Below are positions 38,076 to 52,632 of a DNA stretch of 64,000 nucleotides, piece after piece. The stretch is from Octopus sinensis. Lineage: Eukaryota. The notes under the pieces are model-generated. The model saw only the letters and a list, made by a program, of their open reading frames with translations. It was not told where the DNA came from and searched no databases. The DNA lies in contig NC_043001.1 in NCBI RefSeq assembly GCF_006345805.1, positions 72,416,001 through 72,480,000 on the forward strand, written 5' to 3'. Within the stretch, counting starts at the first letter, position 1. The number at the start of each line of letters is the position of its first letter. A program made the translations under genes and the position numbers.

Positions 38076-38454
38076 ACAATTGTTGCTGTTTTTGCTAAAA
38101 GATTATTGACATAAATTGCTTTGCAAAGTTGTTAAACAATAACACTCCGCTCATTGCAGAAATAATGTGGCATTTTATGTTAACCTTCCTCGCTACATTC
38201 TATTGGTGGATTATGTTGTGGTGTTGGTGTTGGTGGTGATGGTGGTAGTAGTGGTGGTGTGGTGGTGATGATTGATCGTAATAGTGATGGTGCAGGTAAC
38301 AGTGACAGGTACTTGTGGTGGTATAGGTGGTAGTGTTTGTGTTTAGTCATAGCTGATTTGCAGTGTTGGAAGAGTCGAACGGAGATGGACAATTGCTTAA
38401 GTGTATTCAGGATGTAGAAAGCAAAAATAGCCATACCTGTATAAATCACACGCG

Positions 38455-38497
<43 letters not shown>

Positions 38498-38617
38498 GCA
38501 CACACACACGCACACACACACATACACACACACACAAACATTCATCCATACATATGCATATATACATACGTAAATATGTATGTACATATATATATATATA
38601 TATATATAATATATATA

Positions 38618-38666
<49 letters not shown>

Positions 38667-39454
38667 CTGTGTGTGTGTGTATGCATACACATAATTAACA
38701 CAACACAATTTGATATAATAAAGTTAATAAAATTTATCACGTGTAATACAATAGAATATATGATAAAATGTATGCACAGATATTTGTTAGGGAGAGAGAG
38801 ATACATACATACTGAGGGTGAGAGGGAGGATAAGAGAGAGGGAGGGAGAGAGAGAAAGTGAGAGAGTTATAGAAACGTTATCAGAAATCATGCAAATAAA
38901 AAGTACAGAACGAAGGCAGATAAATGTTTACTGCATACTGAAAGGAGGAGGAGGAAAAGGAAGAGAAAGAGAGGGAGGAGGAGGTGGTGGAGGGAGGAGA
39001 GATAAGCGTGCACTTAAGTGCAATGAAATGAAGGAAAACGGTAGGGAGACGATAGATCAGTGGTTAGACATACAAAAGCAGCAGGGAGGAAGAGGAGAAG
39101 GTTGTGGTGGTGGTGGTGGTGAAGCAGACGTGAAGAAAGAAGATAGATACAGCAGTATTTGTACATGAAAACTGTGGGAAAAAAAGAGCATCATTGTATT
39201 GCTACGTCGGCACTTCAAATAAAAGACTGCGACAATTGGGTCGGTTCGTAAATCCATTTCTCCATGTCAGGAACAATCCAAATATTTATCTGTAAATGCC
39301 AGTTTGTGGCTCAAGTAGAGAAAAATTCATTTCCGAACGAATGACGTTGAAAGACAAGTAAAAGGTGAAATCTCTTAGAAATCCATTGAAGTTACAATAA
39401 AGAGAAGGTCACAAAAATATCTTCGATATCAATGAATACATAGAAAATACACGC

Positions 39455-39482
39455 AAGATGGCGGCTGCTGAATACCGGAAGT
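39455..39482. promoter_or_regulatory. Adjacent YY1-like (AAGATGGCGG) and ETS-like (ACCGGAAGT) motifs, candidate core promoter
   Basis: Both motifs match the known metazoan consensus and lie 10 bp apart in a repeat-poor stretch. No downstream gene is identifiable. Confidence 0.3.
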
Positions 39483-40404
39483 TGAAATCTCACAATCTAA
39501 TGACAGTAATATGGTGAAAAGAGTTAGGTGTTTGTCAGTAAATCTATGGAAATACAAGTGACAACTTTAAACTATTTTATTTTACTGTTGTGGCGCTGGT
39601 TCACTTCTCAGTTCGTGTTCTGCGAATAAAGAAACGTATATAAAACGAATAATCATAAAATCGACATATAAAATCCAATCTTGAAGAATACTGTCGTTAT
39701 GCAAGGAAATGATTTTTGCTATAGAAAAGGTTGTAGAATAATTGACATTTACATGACACCTATTCTAGTCAGTGATTATGCAATTTTTCTGTAAGAAAAA
39801 TTATTTCGTTGCATAACTAGTGAACCTTTCAACACAAGAAAGAGAAAATAACTGTAATTGAACACTGTGTTATGTATTTTGTAACTCCTGAGCGAATAAT
39901 GGCACAGTGTATCAGGTTACAGTAAATAAGTAATTAAAGCGATATAGAGTATTATGTCGACCAAACAAAGAATACTTTGAAACACTATCACAAGTATACC
40001 ATCATATGAACTATACCAACTATACCAATATATGAACGCTTTGAAATACTGTCACAAAGGAAATATGATATCGTTTCCGAAGTATAAAAAGTTGACTCTA
40101 TCGAAATTGTATGGTCTATCTTAGACAAAGCTAGCATATTCAAGAATGGCTCAAAATAGTGTAATTTATGTTTGGCTGCGAAATATCATATCATAAATAA
40201 TACCGCACCAATAAATAATCATTGGAGGAAATCACTGGACTCAGATTTTATTTTTGAGCATTTCAGTTGCTGGCCATCATTCCGTTTTTTAAAAAGGGAA
40301 ATAAATCACACATATGAATTACCGTCCGATCTTACTAACCTCTCATATCAAAGTATTAGAGGGGATGGTGAGATAAAAATATCTGCTTTCTGAGAGGAAA
40401 ATAG

Positions 40405-41350
40405 TCTTCATGATCCCAATCAACATGGTTTTCCTGATGGCAGAGGCAGCCTGACACGACTTTTGAACCATTTTAATGACATCCTAAATGCTCTGAAGGT
40501 GTTACATCCTCAATGCTCTAGAAGGGTTACAACACATACCATTTTACAATGACTTTAATAAAGCCTTTATTAGAGTCGATCACAGAAAGCTGTTGAAGAA
40601 ATTATGCAATATTTTAGTCCGTGCTACGCTACTATAGTAGATTAATGTTTTGTGATAAACAGAATCCAACGTGTTATGAAGAATGGAATTTACTCAACAC
40701 AGCAAAAATCTTTAGTGGTGTCCCCCAGGTACTGCGTTAAGCTCACTTCTGTATATTATTTATATAAATAACATTGGAAATGCCATCAAACATAGGAGAA
40801 TAGAAATCTTTGCAGATGATTATGTAGAAAGTCATCAAATGAGCATGCGCCCAAATAGACCTTCTATTCTATGAAATCGCCATAATTCCACGGGCGAAAA
40901 AGGAAAACAGCAACATGCCGATAGACAAGGAAAAAATTTCGAGCTGGTCCACTTTAGAAAAGAGAATATTCTGAAATAGGCATATTCTCTTCCAACTGGA
41001 GAGCATCTCACAATGTCAAATACAATCAGAATCTTAGACGTAACTGTGGACAACATACTAATCTGAAGAGCAGACATCAATAATAAAGTCGATGTGGTTG
41101 GCAAAATGTGCTTTCCAATCCAGAAATCCTGATACTATCATTCTTCTTTATGTTCACCAGGTTCTCCTCTAGAATATTGTCTACTATGGTCTCCCTACAC
41201 AAAACAAAACATTATTTGAATTGAAGCGTCCAAAAATTCAATCACACATACACGCACAGTCACACGGGCGCAAGTACGCACGCCCCGCCCCAAGAAAAAA
41301 GAGGCATGACGGGTTTTTATTACTGAGATCGCCTCAAGAAATTCATGCTT
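40405..41350 (+). mobile_element. Decayed CR1/L2/Jockey-group LINE RT remnant
   Basis: PNQHGFPDGRGSLTRLL, DFNKAFIRVDH, SGVPQ and IFADD (40809-40820). Many disruptions. Confidence 0.72.
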
Positions 41351-41430
41351 CATACTCTTCAACGTTAACGTGAGCGTTATATTTGTAAAACGTACAAAAT
41401 ATTCCATCAATACTGTTCAAACGATGTCAG

Positions 41431-42290
41431 CATCAACTTATAAGTTATCCGAGGCTTGTCCTCGGATGAAAAGAAGAGAAGAACAGATGAGTATGGGGTG
41501 TAGGGAAAATTGAGGTGAGAGAGGAGCTGAAGGATAAGGATAGGATTATTAAACCGAGAAGTACAGGAGTGGAACATGTTAATTTAAAGCTGTCGTTGAC
41601 ATGGTTTCGAGTTTAAATATGAAACGCTGATTCTTGGAATGGCCCTCTGTTTGAAGTGGGTGGCGACGGATGGCGACAGGTTCTTCTGGTATGCGTATGT
41701 GTGCTTCAAATGCACTCCCAAAAGCCAACGGTACGTTTTCCTAATATAAAGTGCACAGCAGTTTGCAAATGATACACTATATGAAGCTGTAAAATGTGCA
41801 GTTGAAGTTTATTGTCATGTAGTTTTATAATATAGACTAGTGATGGTTGTAGTGTTATTAATGCCCAGGATGATGCTGCATCGTCGGCGAATGTTTTTCA
41901 AAGCGTTTGGTGGTGCGTAGTTAGGTACTATAGAGTTTCTAACTATGGGGTTGTTGAGGTTCCTAGCGCTTTTGAAGGTGAAGGTAAGGTGATGCAGGAA
42001 AGATTGGGGTGGTTGTTAGGTCAGAAAATTGGACTCAGAAGTTGCAGATGAGTTTGATTTTCAATGGGAGGATGGACAGGTGAAAAATCAAGAAAAAGAC
42101 ATGGCAAAGTTAGTGTGTTTGGGAGGTGGAGAGAGAGAGGAAGAACAATGGTGGGAGATTTGTTGAATCAATTTGCTCGAGAGGCGGACAAGTGGATATT
42201 GTTGATTGTGGTGGAGGTATCGAGAAAAGGTGTGATTGGTAGTGAAAAAGATGACAAATACCCCTTTCTTTCTGGCCACATCACCGGTGA
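41431..42290 (-). mobile_element. Decayed Penelope-like element: RT-thumb/GIY-YIG C-terminus and downstream terminal sequence
   Basis: Frameshifted minus-strand motifs IVY...CKLLCTLY, KNLSPSVATHFK and QRFIFKLETMSTTALN* (stop at 41579-41581), typical of the PLE GIY-YIG end. A hammerhead-like fold lies at 41431-41468. Confidence 0.68.
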
Positions 42291-43026
42291 ACGGTAAAAT
42301 AAACTCTAAAACTCTAATGAAGAAGAATAAAGCATGAGTGAAATATTAGTGGAACATTCCCATCGAAAACTTCAACTAACCGCATTTTTATTCACCTCAG
42401 CAGCTAATGACAGTATCAAACAGAAAAAATATATTATTTATCGTTTCCTGTAATCTGGAGGCGACTTGAGATCAGCGGGTTCGACACGTTCCGACAGTAT
42501 CGCTCCTTATTGCAGTGCCAAGCTGCATTGATGCTACCTAGGAATGACCAAGCTCTTTTAAAGAGCATTGTAGCACATTTCCCTCCTCCTGTTACACACA
42601 CACACTAAGCTTTGAAGAAATTTATTCCACTCCATCTAACAGCATTGAGTACTTTTTGGTTAGCAGTTCTCACTAATGTGAAACCACCGTGCACACACTC
42701 TCTCTCCACACACATACACACATATATAAACATATTTGTATGTATGCATATATATATGTGCATATGTATGTATTAATATATATGCATATGTATGTATGAA
42801 TATGCATATGTATGTATGAATATATATGAATATGTATGTATGAATATAAAACAAATATTTCTTATTTATCTGTAGCTGTCCATAAGCCCGGAAGTGATGA
42901 TATAACAGAAGATTTCGCTAGAATAAAGTCGCACAAATCTAGTTTTTGCACCCATACCAACACGCACACACACACGCACACATACACACACACACACACA
43001 CACGAACAAACACACACACACGTACA

Positions 43027-43085
<59 letters not shown>

Positions 43086-43516
43086 AGTAACAAGACAAAA
43101 ATTGGCCATTTTGGTAAGGAAAATGAAAATGTGAAATCAAGATATTTATAGTGTTTAATTATATTAGTAAAGAATATACAAGAATTATATTAGTAAAGAA
43201 TATATAAACGTAAGAATAAACAACAAACATATAATAATAGGAATTTACAAAGAGCCCGCAGAAAATATTTTATGATGGCCAAAATGAAATCACGTAAAAT
43301 GAAGTTAGATAAGTTTTCTGGTTTATTAAGTATGAACTAATAAAATAGACGCCATTTTCAGTCAAAGTTTTCATTTTTAAAACTATAAGAAATTTTTATT
43401 TTTTGTGCCCCTGAGGAATTTCAGTAATTTTAGTTTAAAATATCGCAGAGAAGTTCATTTCGATGTCAATGTGTTTCGTACGATTTCAGTCTACGTGAAC
43501 TAACAACCTTCCACTA

Positions 43517-43608
<92 letters not shown>

Positions 43609-43814
43609 ATTAATGTAATTTTCATGTATTTATACTGATAACTTATTCACACACATTCACATATACGAATACACACGAACACAATCACTCACACATATGT
43701 ATCTAATTCAAGCATCTCTATGCAGGTTGAAAAGTCCGTTTTTAAACCATAGGATCTTCGGTTCGATCCTAAAGAATGCCACTTTAGACAAGTGATATCT
43801 ATCATAGAATCAGA

Positions 43815-44215
43815 ATCACTGCTGTAGTAGAAGATACTTGCCCAAGGTGCCACGCAGTGGGACTGAATCCGGAACCATGTGGTTGGGAAGCAATCTTCTT
43901 ACTACACACCCATGCATGCATGTATGTCTTATCTTTTGCTTGTTTCATTGGACTGGGGCACCACCTTGAAGAATTTTTTGTCGAATGAATCGATCTCAGT
44001 ACTTATTTTTTTGTGAAGCCCGGTACTTCTTTTATTGGTTCCTTTTGTCAAACCGCTAAGTTAGTGGGGACGTAAACACATAAAGACCAGTTGTCAAGCG
44101 GTTGTTGAGGAAAACACAGACACCGCGACACACACACACACACCACACACACACACACACACACAGCGACACATACACACACACACGACGGGCTCCTTTC
44201 AGTTTCCGTACGCAT
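43815..44215 (-). mobile_element. SINE family B fragments
   Basis: Head (cccaaggtgccacgcagtgggactgaa) at ~43815-43915 and 3' part at ~43925-44215. Confidence 0.78.
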
Positions 44216-44647
44216 GTATGTATGTATGCATATATGTATGCATGTATGTATATATGCTTGCATGCATGTATGTATGTGTGTATGTATGTACGTATGTGTG
44301 TATGTACGTACGTACGTGTGTATGTACGTATGCAAGCATGTATGTAGTGAAACTGAAAACAGATGTTCAATTCCGGAAGAAAAAGCTACTAGTAGAAATA
44401 AATGGATGAAAGTTTCTGGTAAGGGAAAGTATTGCTAGCTTCGAGCTCGCCAACTGGCAGCATGCACCGCTAAAACGTACCTTGAAAAAAAGAGGTGTCA
44501 TTGATGCACCAGCTGAGATTAAGAGTTTGAAATGTAGCCTTTGTGACTGACATCTGTCAAAGACTGGCAACAAAAGCCATATGAGATTACACAATAATCT
44601 CAAAAAATGATTTGCCAGTTTTTTATAGTAGCACCATTTGCGTCATA

Positions 44648-45048
44648 TCTTTTATCGTTTACCATTTACATGTTTCAGTCATTAGGCTGCGGCCATGCTT
44701 GGGCGCCACCTTGAAGTTTTAGTGGAATGAATTGACCCAAGTAATTATATTTTTTTAAAAGCCTGGTACTTATGCTATCGGTCTCTTTTGCCGAACCGCT
44801 AGATAACGGAGATGTAAAGACACCAACACCGGTTGTCAGGCGGTGGGGGGGGGGAGAAATACAGATAGAAGACACACACACACACACGCAGATGACGAGC
44901 TTCTTTCAGTTTACGTCTACCAAATCCACTCACAAGGCTTTGGTCGGCCCGAGGCTATAGAAGAAGACACTTACCCAAGGTTCCACGCAGTTGAACTGAA
45001 CCCGCAACCATGTGTTGGGAAGCAAGCTAATTACCACACGGACATGCC
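44648..45048 (-). mobile_element. SINE family B, full length
   Basis: Reverse complement of the 52699-53071 copy. Confidence 0.88.
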
Positions 45049-45121
45049 TTTGTGTAAAACTCTGTTGGAGTAACCCTGGATTAAAAAGGCACTTAAATGT
45101 GCATTAGATTGTCATACCACA

Positions 45122-45351
45122 AGGCGGCGAGCTGGCAGAAACGTTAGCACGCTGGGCGAAGTGCTTAAGCGGTATTTCGTCTGTCTTTACGTTCTGAGTT
45201 CAAATTCCGCCGAGGTCGACTTTGCATTTCATCCTTTCGGGGTCGATAAATTAAGTACCAGTTGCGCACTGGGCCGATGTAATCGACTTAATCCCTTTGT
45301 CTGTCCTTGTTTGTCCCCTCTATGTTTAGCCCCCTGTGAGCTAAAGAAATA
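45122..45351 (+). mobile_element. Young SINE family A with 16-bp target-site duplication
   Basis: agattgtcataccaca (45106-45121) and agattgccataccaca (45352-45367) flank an intact head and core. Confidence 0.93.
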
Positions 45352-45519
45352 AGATTGCCATACCACATGTAAACTATAACATACCTGTAGAAGTTTTGAA
45401 TTTTATCTGTCAAATTATGTTTGAAACCTTGCAGGTGGACAGGTGGTATTAAGAATCACTTCAGAGCACACAGACCTAACCCATGTATATATATAAGTAT
45501 TTTAATTTTTTATCATTTA

Positions 45520-45740
45520 TATTTTATCTATTACTTGTTTCAGTCATTAGACTGCGACCATGCTGGGGCACCGCTTTGAAAAATTTTCACTTTAGTCGAT
45601 TGAATCGATCCCAGTACTAATTTTTTTTAAAGCCTGGTACTTATTCTATCGATTTGTTTTTGCCGAACCGATAATTTACAGGGACGTAAACAAACCAACA
45701 CAAGTCGTCAAGCGGTGGTGGGGGACAAAGACACACATAC
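45520..45740 (-). mobile_element. SINE family B 3' part
   Basis: cttgtttcagtcattagactgcg...gggacgtaaac block. Confidence 0.8.
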
Positions 45741-45758
45741 GCATAGATACACACACGC

Positions 45759-45871
<113 letters not shown>

Positions 45872-46049
45872 AGATCAAAATTGGAATCCTAGACTTGTTG
45901 ATCCGTGGGTCCACTGGTCTAGGAACCTTATTCTGATCTATAGACTCTGAAGCTTACTGCCAATAAACAAATCCTATGTGGTTCAGTGTATTGATATGTC
46001 CGGGAGCCTATAATGCTGCTAAGATGGCCCTGGTATATGTGTGCGTGCG

Positions 46050-46560
46050 TATGCATGTAACTGTAACGATACATAGTTAACAAATTCATTGGAACAATTC
46101 CTGCGATGAGCAAATCGTCAAACTTCAGGAATACACGCCAGACATGTTCACTGATATCTTGGCTGCGTTGTTGAGTAAAGGTTGAATAACTGTAGTCGCA
46201 TGTAAGACGGATTCGGCTGTTGACTGAAACCAACGTAAACAGTCACGCTAGCCCTTTTTCACAGGGAAGGCAAGCAGTTTTTTTTTTACCGTCTGGCTAA
46301 GGAGGCTGTGTAGCGGACGCTCTTGAAAGGAGTGAACACAGACACTTATCTCTTCGGCCAAGCAATCATCAAGTAAAGGTGGGGAGGGAGGGAAGCCTTC
46401 TAGTAAGCTTCTTAAAAGGTGAGTGACCGTAGCAAACATGGCCTGAACGAATGGGTCTAAACTCTGCATGCGCCTATAGAGAGGGATGAACAGCTGGGAA
46501 AGGACACTTACTCTTGCAGTACTGTGTAGGAGTTTCTTAACTGGCTCTAAGTAGTGATCC
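46050..46560 (+). mobile_element. Possible 3' remnant of an RLE-type LINE
   Basis: Fragmentary HWNNSCDE...SKG*...ACR-GF-like motifs. Weak and frameshifted. Confidence 0.3.
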
Positions 46561-46849
46561 ATCTTTCTACAGACTTCACCATATATTCGTATAATTTATA
46601 AATACCGTATATATGATGGAATATTCTGTCGAAGACGACGTATGAGTGTTCAGTTTTTGCTGAATGTTTTGTACAAACGATTTGTTTATAGTGATCAAAT
46701 GTATATGCTGTACCCTAGCTCACACACCGTCCATTAAATCGACGTTGCCTGAATATGTATATATATACTTGTCCGACCGTCCCATAGCCCCATCCTTTGA
46801 GGAACACTGATTTAACCTAAATTTGAGACACCAGCAAAAGAAGAAATAA

Positions 46850-47075
46850 AGATAGACTTTTTTCTATTCCAAGAAAAACGATTTTACAAATGCACGTTCC
46901 AACGGTTTTATCGATCGCATTCTCACCTGGAATCTATTTTTGCAATTTTTTCATGGCTTATACACGCCTTGATACCGTCGGTACCTATAAATCAAATTTG
47001 AGCGCAATCGGATGGAGGATGCCAGATCCTAGAAGACACACACACAAACAGACAGAACGGATTTTATATAATAGA
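46850..47075 (-). mobile_element. Helitron-like 5' end fragment
   Basis: Minus strand TCTATTATATAAAATCC start, (CA/GACA) tract and aaatttgagcgcaatcgg block, as in the 21-24 kb units. 3' end not found. Confidence 0.55.
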
Positions 47076-47559
47076 TATATGGAATTTTTTTTTATTCAGT
47101 TTTTCATTCAGCTACAAATACACATGCCCAAACACATACATATCCACGCATATAAATATTTCAAACAATACAGGAGTACAATTTACTGTAGTCACATCTG
47201 TTAACTCCTTAGAATCTCCAGATAACCACACTGTATGCACTACCTTAACAGTGGTCCTCATTACTGAAGATTCAACTGATAAAAATGCAGTAAAATGCAA
47301 TCCTGAAATGAAAAATCAAGCTTAATTTCATATTTTATATTTAGAGAAATATTCTTGGAATATCGAGTCGAGCCCTTTGTAACTGTGGTGTGTACTTCGG
47401 TACAATAACTACTGTATGTATGTATGTATGTATGTATGTATGTATGTATGTATGTATGTATGTATGTATGTATGTATGTATGTATGTATATAAAAGGGCA
47501 GAAGAACTTTTAAGAGTCAACGGCCATCCAATTATTATATTATATGTACATATGTATAA

Positions 47560-47772
47560 GGTGGCGAGCTGGCAGAAACGTTAGCACGCCGGGCAAAATA
47601 CTTAGCGGTATTTCGTCTGTCTTTATGTTCTGAGTTCAAATTCCGCCGAGGTCGACTTCGCCTTTCATCCTTTCGGGATCGATAAATTAAGTACCAGTTG
47701 CGTATTGGGGTCAATCTAATCGACTAGCCCTCTCCCCACAAATTTCGGGCCTTATGCTTAGAGTAGAGAAAG
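47560..47772 (+). mobile_element. SINE family A
   Basis: Intact head and core. atatgtata on both flanks. Confidence 0.9.
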
Positions 47773-47999
47773 ATATGTATATAGTTGTATATGTGGATGT
47801 CCGTGCTTGGTGTGGTGAACTGTGTGTGTGTGTGAGCATATTCATATATATTTATTTATCTTGAATTTATGTGTACATTGCGTGTACGTGTTTTTTTCTC
47901 TTTCATTTTTGAGGGAACTGATATTCTATATATATTTGTATTTTTATTTCTTTTCTTTTATTTGATTTGTGTGGGTATTTATGGATGAAGTTAAAGGGG

Positions 48000-50520
48000 T
48001 AGATGGAGCTCCTAGGTTTAATAAAGCCGTGGGGAAGGCAATATGTCTAGGAGAAGGTAACTCTAAATTCAAATCCTTCACTGCTGTCTTGCAGTTAGCC
48101 TTTGGTTGGGCAAAGACTGGGAGAAGGACACTGATATAAAACCATAGAGAGGTTAAACTCCGGTATAATAAAACATGCGACTTCTATAATCACTCAGTCA
48201 TTTTGCCTTGGTTTGTCACTGGATAGCAGAGATTTGGGGAAAGCGTGGGTGCTATACGTATCGTCCAAGCGTGTAGCATTGATATTTAAATGTACAGATA
48301 TCTCTTCAAGTCCCACGGCGATGGAATAGTGGCGACATGTGCAGACTTAAAGCGCTGGGAGCACATCGTCACGAATCTGCACATGGGAGGTTTAGGGCCC
48401 ATCTAACGTCATTGCCTTGTTGAATGAACAGCAGCATGATCGGCGAGGTCGAGAGCATCTGAGCAACCCTCTCTAGGGTAGCACTACTCACCCAGAAATC
48501 TGGGGAAGGTCTAGAAAAGGTGATCCAAACATGTACCTGTTCTACACTCAAGCTGTTCATTACAACAGGAGGAATACAAAGAGAAAACATGCAAGCAAGA
48601 ATTATAGATTATGGGTAGGTGTATGGAATGTCAGGACACTTCTTGATCATGTAGGATCAAATAACCCTGAATAGCGAACTGGCATAATAGCCAATGAGTT
48701 TGCTCGGTATAACATCAACATTGCTGCACTCTCTGAAACTCGGTTGGGTGATGAAGATCAATTGGCAGAAATAGGTGCTGGATACACTTTCTTTTGGAAG
48801 GGTAAACCAAAGGGTGAAAAACGAGTAGGGGGTGTTAGCTTTGCAATTCGTACCAAGATAACCCACAAAATAGAACAACTTAATGGTTTCAGTGATAGGA
48901 TTATGTATCTTCGAGCTCCTCTATCATGCAATCGTTTTAAGACTGTTATTTCTGCTTATGCTTCTACTCTTCGTAGCAGCAGTGAATCTATTATGGATTT
49001 CTATGAAGATCTCAGATCGGTTATGATTTTGATTCCAAATGCAGATAAAATCCTCCTTCTTGACGATTTCAATACCCGTGTTGGATGCGATTCTGAGACC
49101 TGGGATACACTAGGGAGACACGGTTTGCGCAAAATGAACGCTAATGGTTTCCGTCTTCTTCAATTCTGCACTGAACTTTATCTCATCATCTGCAACACTG
49201 TTTTTCATTAGAAGGATATCCATAAAGCTACCTGGACGCACCCAAGATCCAAACATAGGCATATTCTTGATTACCCGATGTCTGCACTCTCCGAATCATG
49301 CGAGGTGCAGAATGTGGGATTGACTATATGCCCATACGCAGTAAACTGAAACTCCACATCATGCGTAGAATTAGATCTGGAGCAATAAAAGTCCCTAAAC
49401 GTATTGATGTGTTGAAATTAAGGGACTCTAAGGTGCAGATGAATATTAGAATTGCTATTGGAGAAGCGGAATTGATCTACAAATCAATAAACTTTTTGAA
49501 GAAAAAAATAAGTTGCGCCAAATATACCTCGGTGTCCCAGATGAAGATAAAGAACCCTTATTACAGTCTCTCAAAAGGATCAAATCACTCCAATGAAAGA
49601 TAAAAAACAAATAATGGACGGATATTTCTGAAAAAATCCAGAAAGTGTATAACAGTAAAGACCTTAAAACAGTATATTACTTGATCGGACAAGTGTTTGG
49701 TCTTCGGTCTTCATTTGTAGGACCACTCAAGTCTAAAGACAGCTGATTTCTCTTCAAGGATCATGAGGGTATCCTGAAACGTTGAACTGAGTACTTCACT
49801 GATCTCTTTTATAATCCTTCAGTTATTGATGAAAATGTCATCAGTAATCTGCCCCCAAAAGGATATCATTCATGAGATGATGGTACATCCAACTATAGAT
49901 GAAATCAAAAAGAATCAAATAATTAAATACATGCTTAGTATCTATGAACCTTGCATTTTAACGATCTTCTTGTACTCTTCTGAGACCTGGACGACATATC
50001 GGTGCCTCATCAAGGCTTTAGAAAGATTCCATCAGACTTGCTTAAGGAGGACACTAGACATCAAATGGAAGTATTTAACACCAGACACCGTTGTTCTTCA
50101 GCAAACTAACATATCCAGTTTTGAAATGATCCTCATACGCAATCAGATGCGTTGAGTTGGGCACCTTGCTAGGATGCAGGATGACAGGTTGCTAAAGCAT
50201 TTGTTTTACGGGGAGTTGCAGCGTGGCAAACGTTCGAGACATAAACCCGAGAAACGTTTCAGGGCTCTTAATGTGAAAGTTGAAGACTGGGAGCAGATGA
50301 CGCAAGATCAACCGGTTTGGAAACAAATGATCTACAATAGATGTAAAGCATTTGAAGCTCGAAGAATTGAACAATCTATCTTGAAAGGAGCACTTCGTAG
50401 ACAGGACTTAACTACAATCCCGGACACTTCTCTGCTTTAAAATATTTGAAAGATCTGCAGTAGAGTTTGTTTGTCAAGAGCAGGACTTGCTAGTCATATA
50501 AGATCTCATGACAGTATTTA
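48000..50520 (+). mobile_element. Decayed RTE-clade LINE with 5' UTR, APE and C-terminus, RT core deleted
   Basis: EFARYNINIAALSETR, GYTFFWKG, ISAYAST, LLDDFNTRVG. At ~49920 it jumps to FLYSSETW...ERFHQTCLR and ends in CSRVCLSRAGLASHIRSH. Confidence 0.88.
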
Positions 50521-50752
50521 TTAATTGAAGAGATGGCCTTCTTCTGTAAAGAAGTGACAATCATCATTTATGTATGTATGTCATTATTCAGTTTTATTTC
50601 AAGAATTCTTCCGAATAGAGAAAGAGCCAGTTAGTAACCTAGGTCAACAGTTCCTTCACTGAAATTTCATGTATGTATGTATGTATGTATGTATGTATGT
50701 ATGTATGTATGTATGTATGTATGTATGTATGTATGTATGTATGTATATATTA

Positions 50753-51091
50753 TCTTTTATGTTTTACTTGTTTCAGTCATTAGACTGCGGCCATGTTGGG
50801 GTACCACCTTGAAGGATTTTAGTTGAATGAATCGATCCCAGTAAGCCTGGAACTTATTCCATCGTTTTTTTTTTGTCGAACTCCTAATTTACAGGGACAC
50901 AAAAACACTCAAACTGGTTGTCAAGTGGTGGTCACACACACACGCACACAGTTTCCGCCTATCAGATCCACTCACAAAGGCTTTGGTCGACCCGGGGTTA
51001 AAGTAGAAGACACCTGTCCAAGGTGCTACGCAATGGGACTGAACCCGGAACCATGTAGCTGGAAAGCAAACTTCTTACCCCACAGCCATGC
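50753..51091 (-). mobile_element. SINE family B
   Basis: Matches the other family B copies with small deletions. Confidence 0.82.
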
Positions 51092-51399
51092 ATTTGTAAG
51101 AGTGTGTGCGTATGTGATTGTGGTAAGGCCATTTATGTATGATAGGCAAACTGCCTTATGTCACACCACAACGTCCAGCTCTACACCTGTCTCTTGTATT
51201 AAAACTATAGCTTTGCTGTTCAAGTAAACTACCAAGCTCCGTTACTAACACACTCCATTACTCTGTGTCTCCTTTTGTGAGTAGTCAACTTTTTATTGAA
51301 CCTTTTGTTATTTATTCTGAGTACCAAAACTTCTTTTTACAATCTTTTTTTTTGTCTTGAGAATTGTTTCTTTCTGGTTCTCTATCCTCTGCCAGACTT

Positions 51400-51442
51400 C
51401 ACTACCATCCTCACCACCATCTTCACTACTGTCGCAATCACC

Positions 51443-51473
<31 letters not shown>

Positions 51474-51611
51474 GCGGCAGCAGCAGCAGCAACAACAGTA
51501 TACCATTACCACCGTACCACTTCCACCGCCACTGGCGCCACCTTCCGTCACCACCACTGCCACCACAACCCAATCACACCCACGACCACTGCAACCACCA
51601 CCACCACCACC

Positions 51612-51666
<55 letters not shown>

Positions 51667-51770
51667 GCATACCCCAACCACTACCACCGCCACCACCACT
51701 ATCATCGCCTCCACAACCGCCGTCACTGTCACCACCGCCACAACTGCCCCCCCCACCACCAACATCTAGT
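51400..51770. repeat. (CAC)/(CAA)/(CAG) trinucleotide low-complexity tract
   Basis: Read directly from the sequence. Confidence 0.92.
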
Positions 51771-52077
51771 TCTGCCTTTGGCATTTACAAGATTTCATTT
51801 GTTTCTCACTGGGATCCAACCAGTCTGTGGAATTGACACATACTGTGAGTGACGTAGTAGAGGAGTGGGACAGTGTCACGGTGGATGGGGTTGTGGAGAA
51901 GAGGAGCAGTAATGACTATCTGCATATGTGTGAGTGTATGTGTGCATGCGTGTATGTGTGTGTGGATGCATGTGCTTGTGTATGCCTGTGTGTGTGATTG
52001 TATTTTTATGTATCTATATTTTATTTCATATTGACATCTCAATATACAGCAACACACACATATATAAATACATGTAT

Positions 52078-52116
<39 letters not shown>

Positions 52117-52558
52117 TGCATATATGTGTATATATACATATATATATAGACACATATACATAGCATATATACACTATGTATTTTCGGCAGGCTCGATTTG
52201 GCGCAGTAGAGATTGCTCTTTCAAAGCGCCGGGTGTTAAAAGACCTGAAAGTCATGAATAGGCGAAACAACTCACCAAATTTCATTCAAGAGTGATGGAC
52301 ATAGATGTTTCACCATTTTTGTAGCTTACCAACATCACGGAGGTGAATAGATCACCAGTCCACGAATTAGTGTAAAAATACCCGGACAATGATACTCACT
52401 GCTGTCTCACCCATCCATGACTTTCACGTGTTTTTACACTCGATACTCTGAGAGTAGTTTCTACCACGCCATACGCAGTCTACTGGCAAACACATGGCGT
52501 TTATAAGTTAAGCATGCGTAGTCGATAATGTTTATACATATGCATATACATAACATAC

Positions 52559-52632
<74 letters not shown>

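Noticed and set aside
51296-51852. Poly-Q/H/T/P ORFs
   Set aside because: All frames are open only because of (CAC)/(CAA) repeats. No splice or domain support.
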